A program made the position numbers and the translations under genes. The notes below the pieces were generated by a model. It saw only the letters and a list, made by a program, of their open reading frames with translations. It searched no databases and was not told the DNA's origin. This document shows positions 1 through 16,498 of a DNA stretch of 64,000 nt, piece after piece; position 1 is the stretch's first letter; each line of letters begins with the position of its first letter. This stretch comes from the human T2T-CHM13v2.0 reference genome, Homo sapiens: the NCBI RefSeq assembly GCF_009914755.1, contig NC_060942.1, one strand, 5' to 3'.

Positions 1-390
1 AAGAGGTGAAGGGAACTTTTGGAAAAGTACTTGAGGACAATAGGGGGTTGGTTGATCAAAAAGATTAGGCTAACTGAACTTGCTAGTTGGTGCTTATTGA
101 CAACAAATTTAGAGTCTTAGCCCGCCACAGAGACTGGGAGATAGGGAAGCTATCTCCTTCAGTGATTACGTTTCAAAGGGATAACTCCCAGGTCCTTGAG
201 AAAGATATTTCCAGATTGCAAAACTGCCAAGAGACTTTGAGAATATTTTAAAGAGGCAGAGAAAGAACTTGCAATTCCAAGTTTTCTAAGGTAAATGCTC
301 TAAGGAAAGGGAAATCAAGGCCTAGAATCAGGAAGAAGCCTTTCTAAAGTTCAGGGAAGCTGAAAGGAACTTTAAGTCTGCCTCATCAGT
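1..390 (-). mobile_element. ERV1 MER4-group LTR fragment (MER67/MER31-like)
   Basis: Contains tttcaaagggataactcccaggtccttgagaaag, the reverse complement of a motif typical of MER4-group LTRs; subfamily uncertain. Confidence 0.45.
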
Positions 391-441
391 TGCTAGATAT
401 GCTGTAGGAGCTCGGGTCCTTACAAGGATGTGGGTGCTGAG

Positions 442-884
442 TGTTAATGCGCGTCCATGTGAAGAGACCACAAAACAGGCTTTGTGTGAGCCATAAAGCT
501 TTTTAATCACCTGGGTGCAGGTGGACTGAGTCTGAAAAAGGAGTCAGCAAAGGGAGATAAGGGTGGGGCAGTTTTATAGGATTTGGGTAGGTAATAGAAA
601 ATTACAGTTAAAGGGGGTTGTTCTCTTGCGGGCAGGGTCAGGGGTCACAAGGTACTCTGTGGGGAGCTCCTGAGACTCATTGTCCAGGAGAAGGAATATC
701 ACAAGGTCAATTGATCAATTAGGGTGGGGCAGGAACAAATCACAGTGGTGGAATGTCATCAGTTAAGGCAGGAATTGGCTATTTTCACTTCTTCTGTGGT
801 TCTTCAGTTGCTTCAGGCCATCTGGATGTATACGTGCAGGTCACAGGGGATATGATGGCTTAGCTTGGGCTCAGAAGCCTGACA
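442..884 (-). mobile_element. Solo HERV-H LTR (LTR7 family)
   Basis: Reverse complement begins TGTCAGGCTTCTGAGCCCAAGCTAAGCCATCATATCCCCTGTGACCTGCACGTATACATCCAGATGGCC (LTR7 5' end); 5-bp TSD ctgag/ctggg. Confidence 0.92.
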
Positions 885-1112
885 CTGGGGGCCAGGAAGC
901 ATAGTGCTAGCCAGCCAGTAAGCTTCTTCCAGCATAACAGGTTTCCAATTGTAACTGTTTTGCATACTCAATTTCCTGTAAGCTTTCTTTTAAAAGGAGT
1001 TTTCCTTCCAGAAAAAAAAAAGTTTGGAAACTGCCAGTTAGCTGCTTTTTTTTTTTTTTTTTTTTTTTGCAAGCAAATAAACTAAAGCCGAGAGCAGATT
1101 AAATGAAGACAA

Positions 1113-1753
1113 TGTTGAACTTTACTTGAGCCCTGTGATCATGGAAAACTGAAGGTTAAGAAATCTTAGCCTTTTGTGTTCAAGAACCTACTTCATGCAA
1201 GAAACCACCACTCCCCATGTGATTTAGATAAGACTCAAGATGCCTTCCTTGTTTACCTATGACAAGGCTAGACACAAACCCTCTAGATTCCTTATTTACT
1301 TTATACATGATTGGCTGAACTGTTTTGTTCTTCTGATCCACTGGAGCAAAAGTTTGCTAATTAATTTTTGGCAAATCTTCTTTCTTCCCCCCAGGTTCCT
1401 GAGCTTTCCCCGAGTGGGCATGGGCAGCCCCTCCTGCAGGGCCCATATAAGGAGGAGGCTGACTCTGGGGTAAAACATTCTCTGTTCTACTGTCAGCTTG
1501 ATCCACTTTTCATCTGGTGTATTCTATTTCCTCTCACTGGTTCTTTTTAGCTTTGGTTCCTTCTCCTTATAAAAGAAAAGCTCTTTTCTGCCTAACCTTT
1601 GAGACACATGCAGATCACATGGTTGAGGTGCCCTCCTCATTGCAATAGGTTCCCTCCCACTATTGCAATAGTCCCTTCCCTCTCTCAGTCATCCTGTAAG
1701 ATAAAATCTCTCCTTACTTAAATTTAGATTTGCTTTTTCTTTTTAATATGACA
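1113..1753 (+). mobile_element. ERV1 MER4-group solo LTR (MER67-like)
   Basis: TG...CA termini (tgttgaactttacttgagccctgtg ... tgaca), TATA-like element and polyA-signal-like gataaa; subfamily tentative. Confidence 0.55.
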
Positions 1754-1928
1754 ATGACATGTACACATTCAAACTGACTTGCTATAAGTTTTGAATTTGT
1801 GGCCTCAAATCCAGTTTGGGGTTTCTTCACTCCCACAGTTTTATCTCTCTAAACTGAATGCAGTGTGGTTGTTACAAAGGAAAAGTCAAGCTTGACAAAA
1901 GAGAAAATAGGAAATGTGGTACTAAAGA

Positions 1929-2445
1929 TGTCTTAGGTTAGGTCCCCTCAGAAGCCGACTCTGAGACAAAGATTGATGTGCAACTCATTTATTTGGGAGG
2001 TATTCAAGGGAGCACCAGGAAGGAAGTGGGGGAGTGTGACGGGAAGCTATGGGAAGGAAGCCAATCTAGGCTGCATTAGTGAGCAACTTACACAGAAGAA
2101 ACCAGGGATTCACGCTGCTGGAGGTTGCTGGGGGACAGCGTGAACGTGCCTCTGATTTGGTCCACACAAAGGAAAGGAAGCTGTTATTTATTTAACAATT
2201 CCTGTTGTTCAGGAACCCACTTAGTGCAAGAAATCACACTCCCATAGGACTTAGATAGACTCAAGATACCTCCTTTGTTTACCTATGACAAGGCTAGACA
2301 CAACCCTTTGGGTTCCTTATCTACTTCATAAATGATTGGCTGAACTGTTTGTCCCTGTGATCAACTGGATCATATTCATAATGGTTGAGAAGTGCTCTAA
2401 GGAATCTGACATCTTATGACTTCCCTGCATGTGGGCCTAACACAT
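1929..2445 (-). mobile_element. ERVL LTR16/LTR33-like fragment
   Basis: tgtcttaggttaggtcccctcagaagccgactctgagac is the reverse complement of the LTR16-type 3' end. Confidence 0.6.
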
Positions 2446-2489
2446 TTCTCTTATATTATTAACATATTATTTAACTTCAATACATGTTG

Positions 2490-3039
<550 letters not shown>

Positions 3040-3040
<1 letters not shown>

Positions 3041-4110
3041 CCTGCAGGGCAGTGGTCTCTTCTCTGGCCCAGGGTGGGTCCAGAAGAGCTGACCAAGAGC
3101 TCAGGTCTGGACTCAAGAATGCCCCCCATCCCCACCCCTCAGTGCCTGCTTGGTGCTCTACCCACTATGGCCAAGATGGTATCTAAGGTACAAGATAGAA
3201 TCTATTTCACTTTTCCCCCTGCTTTTCTACAACAGAAGGAGACTTTCGTTGTAGCCACCACAGCTGTGAATGTCCTGGGTAGCACCTGAAGCTAGCATGT
3301 CTCAGAGTCCAAGGTCCACAGCATATTCCCTCGGTATCACTGTTGGGTTATTCATGTCCCAGGGACACTTAAGTCAGCAGGTGATGAATCCTGCCAGGCA
3401 TCCACTGCGATAGGGCATCCTATCAGAGTACAACGCAATGTACGCCAGTCACTGCAGTCTTCCTCTTCCAAGCACACAGATTTCTCCCAAGCTATGTAGC
3501 TGCTGCCAGTGAGTAGGTGAGGGGATGCATAAGCACACCCTTAGCCACCCTGACTGGTGTCTTAGTAGGTCATGTCCCTACCCCTCAACAGTCTACTGGC
3601 TCTGTGCTCAACTCACACTAGGACTTCACTAAGAATTGCAGTCCTTGTGGCCTAGACAAAAGAGTCCCTCTGGCTAGAATTGGTCCAAATGATCCCTCTG
3701 TGGGTGAACGTCAGCTGAGTATAGCAAGGTTCTGCTTTCCATTGTGACAGGGAAGCATCCTACCCTCCTCAATGTCTCTTTAAGTGATAGGAATTTAAAA
3801 CCATGTACTGTGATTGCTTACCTGGTTTTTGGTTCTTGGGATGGTACTTTTGGTGTAGAGTTAGTTGTTAAAATGTGGTGTCCCTGTGGTGGGACGTGCA
3901 GGGGGACAAACAGTAGTATGGGCTTCTATTTAGCCACCTTACTCCACACCCCCTTTGTAAGATTTTAACACATGTCTTGAGACTTGTGTTATGGCCTAAT
4001 ATGTGTTTTTTCCTAGAGAATGTCCCATGCCCACTTACAAAAATTGTGGGTTGGATGGAGTGTGTCACAGGCATCCCTTAGGTCTGAGTGGTCCACAGTG
4101 CTGTTCAGGA
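3040..4110 (-). mobile_element. Old L1 5' UTR and ORF2 fragments
   Basis: L1M 5'-region-like sequence, then an antisense endonuclease-region match (FSRKKHILGHNTSL in the ORF track). Confidence 0.55.
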
Positions 4111-4229
4111 GTTCTCTTTCCTTGTGGATGCATGCAGATATAAATAGAGCATTGACAGTATATGCCAGAGCAGGTAACATGGTGAAGTCAGAATGTGGAG
4201 ACAGTTTCATAATATCCTTTGTGTTTTAG

Positions 4230-5197
4230 GGACAGTAGTTGAAAAATTTTTATAAAACAGCCACTCAGAGTCATTATTTTCCTTACCTCTGCCTCTGTCT
4301 AACTATTAGACTTCCATATATCAAGATATTAAGAAAAAAACCCTGAGTGTAACAAACATCATAAAACCAGAAAATCAGCATTATATATTATTTCTATTTA
4401 TATCTCTTAAACACTGAAAGCATTTTTCTATATTTTTTAGGCTTAGAGGTATTTGTGACTTCACGTGACAGTGCTGTTCTGGTATCATTTTCTATAGAGA
4501 GAATGGAAAGGTCCTTAAGATTTTTTTTGTAGAATAATTGATTTTTTAAAAACACTTTATTTTTGATAGCATGAAAATGTTTTAGTTTCACACTGGTATT
4601 GACACATAAATTTTTAGAATTGATATTACATTTAGGAAAATATCTACCATGTTTTTTCAGATATAAGCAGGAAGATTCCAAGGCATTTCAGGCTCTCTTG
4701 TTCAAGGACCAACTTTAAATAAGTTGAAATGATGAGACTCCAGGACATTCTGATTGTAGGGCATGTGACAAGTTCCATTGTGGGTGCCACACATCAGGTC
4801 ATGATGCCAGCAGAGTCTACACAGGTAGCTGTGTTCTTGGAAGTTTTTCCTATTATCCTGAAGCAACTAGCAATCATCTAACCATAAACAAAAGTGGCTG
4901 CAAACCATATGAAAATATTGCATATATTCCAAAATAAAAAATCCAGAACTCAATAATCTCATAGTAGATTCCAAAAATTCCTGTGGCTATTACCAATTTA
5001 CTCAACATGACGAAATGTGTGACAGAGATGAAATTTGTGTGGGAAGAGACATTGGTATAAACTGATGACTTTGGCAGATTAACAAATGACCATGTAAATT
5101 CATCATTTGGGCTTTCCCCTGGGGGTTTGGTAGGTAAACATGTAGGTGAGTGGCTTCAGAGCTTAAGCTCCATGAGCTACATGTAAATCTCCTCCTA
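4230..5197. mobile_element. hAT-Tip100 DNA transposon remnant (MER69/Arthur1-like)
   Basis: Terminal cttaagctccatgagctacatgtaaatctcctc resembles the MER69 end; antisense LSILSIEND resembles the hAT dimerization domain. Confidence 0.6.
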
Positions 5198-5450
5198 CAT
5201 TATCTTGACTAATCCAATCCATAAATTTTGATCTAGAATGTCTCAATTTATTTTCTAAATAAACTTACAAACTATCACCTACTGCCCTAGATCCCAGCTG
5301 TTTATAAATCCTTGGCTTTGCTTCTCTATTCTGGCAGTTCTCTTAAATTTGGATATGTGCACCTGACCTGGAGGTAGGAAAACACAACTACTGTCCCTAA
5401 ACTAGTTAACTGTGTGAAATTTGACAAGTTGCCAACAGTTTCTAAGTTGG

Positions 5451-7599
5451 TGATCTAGTTTGGCTGTGTCCCCACCCAAATCTTATCTTGAATTGTGGCT
5501 CCCATAATTCCCACGTGTTGTGGGAGGGACCTGGTGAGAGATAATTGAATCATGGGGGGCAGTTTCCCCCATACTGTTCTCACAATAATGAATAAGTCTC
5601 ACGAGATTTGATGGTTTTATAAGGGGAAACCACTTTCCCTTGGCTCTCATTCTCTTGTCCGCCACCATATAAGACATGCCTTTTGTCTTCCACCATGATT
5701 GTGAGGCCTCCCCAGCCACATGGAATTTTGAGTCAATTAAACTTTTCTTTATAAATTGCCCAGTCTCAGGTATGTCTTTATTGGCAGTGTGAAAACAGAC
5801 TAATACAGTAAATTGGTACTGGGTAGTGAGGTGCTACTGTAAAGAAACCCAAAAACTGGAACTGGGTAACAGGCAGAAGTTGGAACAATTCGGAGGTCTC
5901 AGAAAAAGACAGAAAAATGTGAGAAAGCTTGGAACTTCCCAGAGACTTGTTGAACGGCTTTAACCAAAATATTGATAATGATACGGACAATGAAATCCTG
6001 GCTGAGGTGTTCTCTGATGGAGATGAGAAACTTGTTGGGAACTGGAGTAAAGGTGACTCTTGCTATGTTTTAGCAAAGAGACTGTTGGCATTTTGCCCCT
6101 GCCCTAGAGATTTGTGAAACTTTGAACTTGAAGGAGATAATTTCAGGTATTTGGCAGAAGAAATTACTGAGCAGCAAAGCACTCAAGATATGATGTGGGT
6201 GCTGTTAAAAGCCTTCAGTTTTAAAAGGGAAACAGAGCATAAAAGTTCAGAAAATTCATAGCCTGACGATGTGATAGAAAAGAAAACCCCATTTTCTGAG
6301 GAGAAATTCAAGCTGGCTACAGAAATTTGCATAAGTAACAAGGAGCCAAATGTTAATTGCCAAGACAATGGGGAAAATGCCTCCAGGGCATGTCAGAGAC
6401 CTTTGAGGCAGCCCCTCCCATCACAGGCCCAGAGGCCTAGGAGGAAAAAGTGGTTTTGTGGGCTGGGCCCAGGGCCTCCCTGCTCTGTGCAGCCTAAAGA
6501 CTTGGTGCCCTATGTCCCAGCTGCTCTAGCCATGGGTAAAATGTGGCCAAGGTACGGCTTGGGCCATGACTTCAGAAGGTACAAGCCCCAGGCCTTGGCA
6601 GCTCCCACATGGTGTTGAGCCTATCAGTACACAGAAATCAAGAACTGAGGTTTGAGAACCTCTGCCTAGATTTCAGAGGATGTATGGAAATGCCTGGATG
6701 TCTAGGCAGAGGTTTGCTGCAGGTGGGAGGGGGGCAGGTTCTCTATCACATAGAGAACCTCTGCTAGGGCAGTGTGGAAGGGAAATGGTTGGGTGTTTGG
6801 TTAGAACTCTCACACAGAGTCCCTACTGGGGCACGGCCTAGTGGAGCTGGGAGAAGAGGGCCACTGTCCTCCAGACCCCAGAATGGTAGATCCAGCGACA
6901 GCTTGTACTGTGTGCTTAGAAAAGCTTTAACTGCCCCACTGGACTTGCATGGGGCCTTTACCTCCTTTGTTTTGGCCAATTTCTCTTATTTGGAATGGGT
7001 GTATGTATCTAATGCCTGTAACCCCGTCGTATCTAGGAAGTAACTAACTTGCTTTTGTTTTACAGGTTTATTGACAGAAGGGACTTGCCTTGTCTCAAAT
7101 GAGACTTTGGAATGTGGACTTTTGAGTTAATGCCGAAATGAGTTAAGACTTTGGGGGACTGTTGGGATGGCATGATAGGTTTTGAAATGTGAGGACATAT
7201 TTCAAATGTGAGGATATTTGGGAGGGGCCAGTAGTGGAATGATATGGTTTGGCTGTGTCCCCACCCAAATCTCATCTTGAATTGTAGCTCCCATAATTCC
7301 CATCTGTTGTGGGAGAGAACTGGTGGAAGATAATTGAATGATGGGGGTGGTTTCCCCCATACAGTTCTTGTGGTAGTGTATAAGTCTCACAAGATCTGAT
7401 GGATTTATAAGGGGAAACCCCTTTTGCTTGGCTCTCATTCTCTTGTCTGCCACCATGTAAGATGTGCCTTTTGTCTTCTGCCATGATTGTGAGGACTCCC
7501 CAGCCACATGGAACTGTGAGTCCATTAAACCTCTTTTTCTTTATAAATTACCCAGTCTCAGGCATGTCTTTATCAGCAGCATGAAAATGGATTAATACA
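5451..7599 (+). mobile_element. THE1 (MaLR) provirus: LTR 5451-5807, internal region, LTR 7240-7599
   Basis: Two similar LTRs beginning tgat..tttggctgtgtccccacccaaatc and ending taataca; THE1-int sequence between; TSD gttgg/ggtgg. Confidence 0.93.
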
Positions 7600-8109
7600 G
7601 GTGGGAACTTTTTCTTATGAATTTATTTATTCTCAAATTCTAACGTAGTAGCTGTCACACAGTAGGCACTCAGGACATTATATAATTATGTAATGAGCAC
7701 TTTCTAATATTCTTGGTGATGGGGAATTCGGCACAAAGGGAGACAGTGTCCTTGTCCTCCTGAAGCTTACTTGATGTCATGGGAGGCAGACAGTAGCTCA
7801 ATATGTAATTTAACAAATATTTAAAAAATTAGTAAATATTAGATAATTACAGCTGTAAGTATTACAAAAGAAAACATAGAAAAGTGGTGAAGAGTAAAGG
7901 ATGGAGGCAGATAAAAAATCTGTCTTATTGAAACAAACTCAAGTCTAAAACTTTGGAGGTCACTTATAAAATGGAATGTTCAGCCTAAATGAACTCAGAG
8001 GTCCTTCCTTGCAATATTATTTCCTGATTCTGTGAAGTAGTGGGGGAAATAGAATTTGTGCTTCTGGAAGATTCTTAGTCATTTTCTTTTAACTAGGATA
8101 ACTTACCTT

Positions 8110-8520
8110 ATTTTTATGTGAAAAATAATAAGTGTATATATTTAAGGGATACAATGAGATGTTTCAATATATGTATACATTGTGGAATAATTATATCAGC
8201 TTATTTAACTTATCCATCACTTCATGCTTATCGTTTTTTGTCATGAAATCATTTAAAATCTACCTGTTTGACAATTCTGAAATATATAATACATTAATAT
8301 TAACTGTAGTCACCATGCTGTGTAACAGATCTCTGAAACTTATTTGTCTTGTCTAACTAAACTTTGTACCCTTTGATCAACATCTTCCTATTCCCTGCCT
8401 CCTCTTCTTCCAGCCTGATAATCACCATTCTACTTTCTACTTCTTTAAGTTTGACTTTTAGATTCCCCACATATAAGTGAGACCATAAAGTATTTGCTTT
8501 CTCTGCCAGGCTTATATCTC
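8110..8520 (-). mobile_element. L1MA 3' end
   Basis: Typical L1MA 3' UTR (tgtatatatttaagggatacaatgagatgttt...). Confidence 0.75.
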
Positions 8521-8545
8521 AGTAATTTTTAATCATTACCTTCAG

Positions 8546-8609
8546 CCAAAAGGCTGGTACATGGGCCTTGGAAGTATTCTTAATTTTCATGAGTCAAAAG
8601 GAAGGAAAG
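8546..8609 (+). pseudogene. Possible pseudo-exon (RGS helix 3-like)
   Basis: ttcag acceptor and aag|gtagca donor; ALEVFLIFMSQKE vs GLAAFKAFLKSE. Confidence 0.3.
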
Positions 8610-8911
8610 GTAGCAAATACATGTCAATGACTTAATTCTAATCATCTTCTGTCCTATATCTGCCCACTTCTCTTTAAAAAGCACATAGCAGAAAAAGTAA
8701 AGAGGAACAGGGGAAATAGGACAAAATGTACTATTTCTGTTGACATTCCCAATAGTGGTAGCTTCCCCAAAGGTAAAAGGAAAAAAAAAAAACAGTCAGG
8801 ACTTAGACTAAAATCAGCATGCAGAACATATCAAGAATTCCTGAAATCGAATTTTAAAAATCTTACAGAAAAGTAGATAAAGGTATAATAAGGAATTGAA
8901 AAGAAATCCAG

Positions 8912-9216
8912 GGCTGGGTGCAGGGGTTCACGCCTGTAATCCCAGCACTTTGGGAGGCCGAGGCAGGCACATCACCTGAGGTCAGGAGTTCGAGACCAGC
9001 CTGACCAATATGGAGAAACCCTGTCTCTACTAAAAATACAAAATTAGCTGGGCGTGGTGGCACATGCCTGTAATCCCAGCTACTCAGGAGGCTGAGGCAA
9101 GAGAATCACTTGACCCGGGAGGCAGTGGTGGTGGTGAGCTGAGATCGGGCCATTGCACTCCAGCCTGGGCAACAAGAGTGAAACTCTGTCTCAAAAAAAA
9201 AAAAAAAAAGAAAAAA
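8912..9216 (+). mobile_element. AluSp/Sq
   Basis: Full dimer with ctgaccaatatggagaaacc diagnostic; TSD gaaaagaaatcca. Confidence 0.92.
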
Positions 9217-9454
9217 GAAAAGAAATCCAAATCAGTTAATTATAAAATGCCAAACATCATTACAAATCAGAGAAGTGATCATTACAAATACAATTAACTA
9301 CCAGATCATAAGTGTAAAAGTGAAAAACTTAGAAGAAATCTGACAATCATACACGTGATTGAAGAAGAAATCAAACACTGCTGGGAGCAGGGAGATTTAC
9401 ACAACTGCTTTAAATAATTCTCTAGTAGTTGGAACCTGTAGTTGTGCATAATTT

Positions 9455-10031
9455 ATGGTAACACCTTTTTTTCTAGGACTATAACCCAGAGAAATTCTCA
9501 CATACTGTACACATGGAAACATGGATACAGAATTTTTAATATGACAGAAATCTGAAGTTACTAAAATCTCCAGCAACAAGAGAATGGGAATACTAAATTT
9601 GTGTATTCATGCTACAAACTCTTATAGTGTTTAATATGAGCTATGTGGAAAAATTTTAAAAAACATATCTAATGCTAAGAAAAGAAAAAAAATCCATCAA
9701 GTTGCGAGAGAATACCTATAAAATCAAACAATTTATACTAGGTTTTAAACCTTATTTAAGGCTTAAATATGTATGTTTATGTTTATATACACACAAAACA
9801 GGAAAGCAAAGATACTAGCCAAATTTAGGAACCAGATCACCTCTAGAAGGGTAAGGAAGTGGAGTGAAATCTGGTAATGTATGGGAACACTTTCTTTCCT
9901 AGGAATATAACCCAGAGAAATTCTCACTTACTATATACATGGAAACATGTGTAAAGAATTGTTAGTATAACAAATCTGAAGTTATTAAAATCTCCAGCAA
10001 CAAGAGAATGGGAATACTAAATTTGTGTATT
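9455..10031 (+). repeat. Direct duplication of about 150 bp (9455-9607 and 9881-10031) in degraded L1ME-like sequence
   Basis: Shared blocks tataacccagagaaattctcac and taaaatctccagcaacaagagaatgggaatactaaattt. Confidence 0.9.
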
Positions 10032-10199
10032 TTTGTCTTTACACATTACTGGGCTTCATGTATATCTGACATGCACTATTTCCTTACAAAAGAGGAAAAA
10101 AGTATAAAAAATGTTGATTTAATAAATCTTGATTGTAAGCACTTGGGTGCTTATTTTGTCTATATTTTCTGTATGCTTGGAATACTTCATAATGAAAAA

Positions 10200-11480
10200 T
10201 AGAATGCTGTAAGAAAAGAGTACATTTATCCTCATTGATTTGGTACTCACTGCTGCTGTGAGAGCCTTCCAGAAGCCCTTCTGTGTTACATTTGTACAAA
10301 GTATGGTGTAAAGTACTAACTCAGGGCAGGGATTTTCTATAGTAGACAGTAGAGCCATACACTTATCTCTACTTGAAATATATTATTGTTGTAGAGTTTT
10401 ATTTGTAAAGCAATTAAAAGTTTTTGTTTTCTTAATGCTCAAATTCTTCTGGGGCCACAAAACAGCTAACTCGATTAAAGGTAAAACATCTGCAGCCTTA
10501 AGATCAGACCCAAGGCCAAAGCAGGGGTTGGAGGCCACTCATGTAAGAAATCTGGGGATAAAAGTCAAGGGATTTTAGCCTGAATCAGCAACAATAACAG
10601 TGTTGTTTTGAAAATAGAGAAGACTTGATCTTATTTTTAGGCAAAAATAACATCAATTCCAAGAAAAGCTCCATCTGTCAGAAGTATGTTTATTAATGCA
10701 TTAACCAAAAAAATGCTTGGAAAATATTCTTGCCAATAAAAATTTAAATTAAAATATTTACAGAAAAATAAGTGAGAACATGTTTTATTTTTGAAGGAGA
10801 CAAAGTTCCGTAAGAAAGAGAAACAATTTGTTCACTCTACTTACTTTGCATGCTAATAAATATTGAATTACATAAGTAAATTCCAGTAAAAATAACATAA
10901 ATCCAAACCTAACATTGTCATTGAAATCAATTTGAGTCAAATATCTGCTTGGACAGCTGGCATATAACGGAATAAACATTTACTTCGAATTGTCACAAGC
11001 ACATTGGTTTTTATTTAGTTAACTCCTCAATAAGTGATTCAGAAATAAAGTTCCCTTGTGTGGGCCAGCGAGGAAATGGTATGGCACCATGGGGACTGCT
11101 GAGGGCACTCTGGGCAGCAATAAAGGCAATTGCAGATGACAGGATGCAGATAGAAAACCCAATCCATATTTTTATGGAAACTAAGTCCCTCAGAAAACAA
11201 TACTATTTTTGCTTTTGTTATTTTAGCATCTTGTAGAAGATGTATATGTATAACTGTGGTCAATAATAACCACCTTAGTTTCACAGTAAAGATGGCCACA
11301 TAATAATGTACACATGGCTGGAAAAGGAAAACATTTGGTATGACAACGAGGCTTTTCTCTAAACAATGACAAATCATGGATGTGGTTTTTAAAAATCTTA
11401 ATTGGGAAATTATTTGCCTAAATGGAACCATTACTTTAGTACAATATATGCAACCATAGAAGAAATAAAAGACCAAAAGG
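10200..11480 (+). pseudogene. Pseudo-exon region with RGS-like motifs
   Basis: DLVLTAAVRAFQK...LEIYYCCRVL (about 10238-10400); PNIVIEINLS (10908) then, after a frameshift, YFELSQAHWFL (10981), matching EINI...FExAQxHI. Confidence 0.5.
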
Positions 11481-11743
11481 AAAATGGTCTCCTACACTCA
11501 GAGTATCAGGGAGGAGGCAATCATTTATTTTACACCCAGCATGTGTGAGGAAATGAGCCAGTTGCTTTATAGGCAGCATCACATTTACTCTTTATGGCAA
11601 CTATATAAGATGTGTGCTGTTTTCCCTATTTAAAAGTTGAAAAAACTGGAGTGATATCTAATATGCTGTTTAACATCATGTAGTTTGCAAGTAATGGAGC
11701 TGTGGAACTGAGAGAGGAAGTCAGGACTAAACCTAAAGCCCAC

Positions 11744-12620
<877 letters not shown>

Positions 12621-12809
12621 CAGAATGTATGTACTTTTAAAAAAACTTTGGTCATAACTTTTAATTACAGGTATGTGGTATTCTCATTGTTATTATTTTT
12701 TGAAAGGCTATTTTTTAAAAAAACCATTCAGCATACTCTTAGCCAACAATGGCATTAACTACCTTTGTCATCTTACATGTTTATAAATAATGATTCATGT
12801 GTATTTCCT

Positions 12810-13000
12810 GGATAATGCTTGATAAGCATTGTTTTAAGCTTTTTACATGTATTCTGTGTATTATTTGCAATAACCTTTCAGGTAAATGCTCTTATTTTCT
12901 CATTTTACAGATAAGGAAATTGAGGCTCAGTGTTGGCAGGTAACATGTTCAAGATCTTGAAACTAGCAGGTGGCAGAGCTGGGGTTCATCTGTCTCCATG
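12810..13000 (-). mobile_element. MIR
   Basis: Core cattttacagataaggaaattgaggctcag. Confidence 0.75.
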
Positions 13001-14305
13001 TGCTCAGAGTAAGTATAGCCTGTTTAAATTGCATTGATTTTCACAGTTTTTGTAACTAACAAAGTGGAATATGTTTTTATGTTTAAAAAAAAAACCTGTT
13101 GACCGTTTATCATTCCCCCTTAATAACTTGCTTGTTGATATCTGCATCCTTTTTTTTCTGTGTAAAAAATGGCCCCAAATCTCAGCAGCTTAAAATCACA
13201 GGCTTTTCTTGTTGCTCATGAATCTGTGGGTTGGCTCGGGTTGAGTGTGTCTAGGCTGGACCTGGTTGTGTGCTTTGTTTTGGACCATGGCCATGGAACA
13301 CTCCTGCTTCCCTCTGCAGGACGGTGGGTTGGTTGGCACTGGGTCCGGTAAATCTGTCTCATGTGTCTCATCCTCCTTAGCCTGGGGAACTGGATAGGTG
13401 TGAAATAAGAAGTATTTTTTATATTGGTCTCTTCCCCCAGATCCTGGCACAGAGCTTCTAAAGCCCTTGTAATTTCCTGGGCTATAGAGATGGAAGGAGA
13501 ATCTTTTCTTCTAATATTTGGTCTTTGATCCCAATTCCTGACACACAACCACTAAATCCCTTGGTATTTCCTGGGTGATGCAAGTGTCTTATGTTCTAAT
13601 GAGGTGACTCTTGGTGGGCTCCTGGATGGGAGCTGGTTGCCAGAAAGACCAAGGCAAGACTGGAGGCTTAGAACTTTCAACCCCAGCCCCCATTCTCTAG
13701 AGACAGGAGAGGACTGGTGACTGAGTTAATAATCAATCATATCTATGTGATGAAACGCCATAAAAATCTCAAAAGTACAAGGTTCAGAGCACATCCATGT
13801 GGCAAACACATCCCTATGCTGGGAGGGTGATGCACCCCAATTCCATGGAGACAGAAGCTCCTGCACTCAGGACCCTTCCAGACCTCACCCTAACATATCT
13901 CTTTATCTGAATGTTCATCCATGTCTTAGAACGTTTATGGTACTGTAAAGGAATACATGAGCTGGATAATGTATAAAGAAAAGAGGTTTATTTGGCTTAC
14001 AGTTCTGTAGGCTGTACAAAAAACACAGCCCCAATATTTGCTTCTGATGAGGGCCTCAAGAAGCTTCCACTCATGGTGAAAGGCGAAGCAGAGCCAGCAT
14101 GTGCAGAGGTCACATGGCAGAAGAGAGAGAAAGCAAAAGAGAGGGGAGGGTGGTGCCAAAGTCTTATTAACAACCAGCTTTTGGGGAAACTTATAGAGCA
14201 AGAACTCACTCACTGCCTCCCTACCCCACCAAGGGAGGGCATTAATCTGTTCATGAGGGATCTGGCCCCCCACCATCATTCACACACCCTATTGGGCACC
14301 ATTTC

Positions 14306-15989
<1,684 letters not shown>

Positions 15990-16016
15990 TATTAGGCACC
16001 ATTTCTAACGTTAGGA

Positions 16017-16498
<482 letters not shown>

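Noticed and set aside
11039-11476. 145-aa minus-strand ORF
   Set aside because: No recognisable protein; more likely the antisense shadow of + strand pseudo-coding sequence
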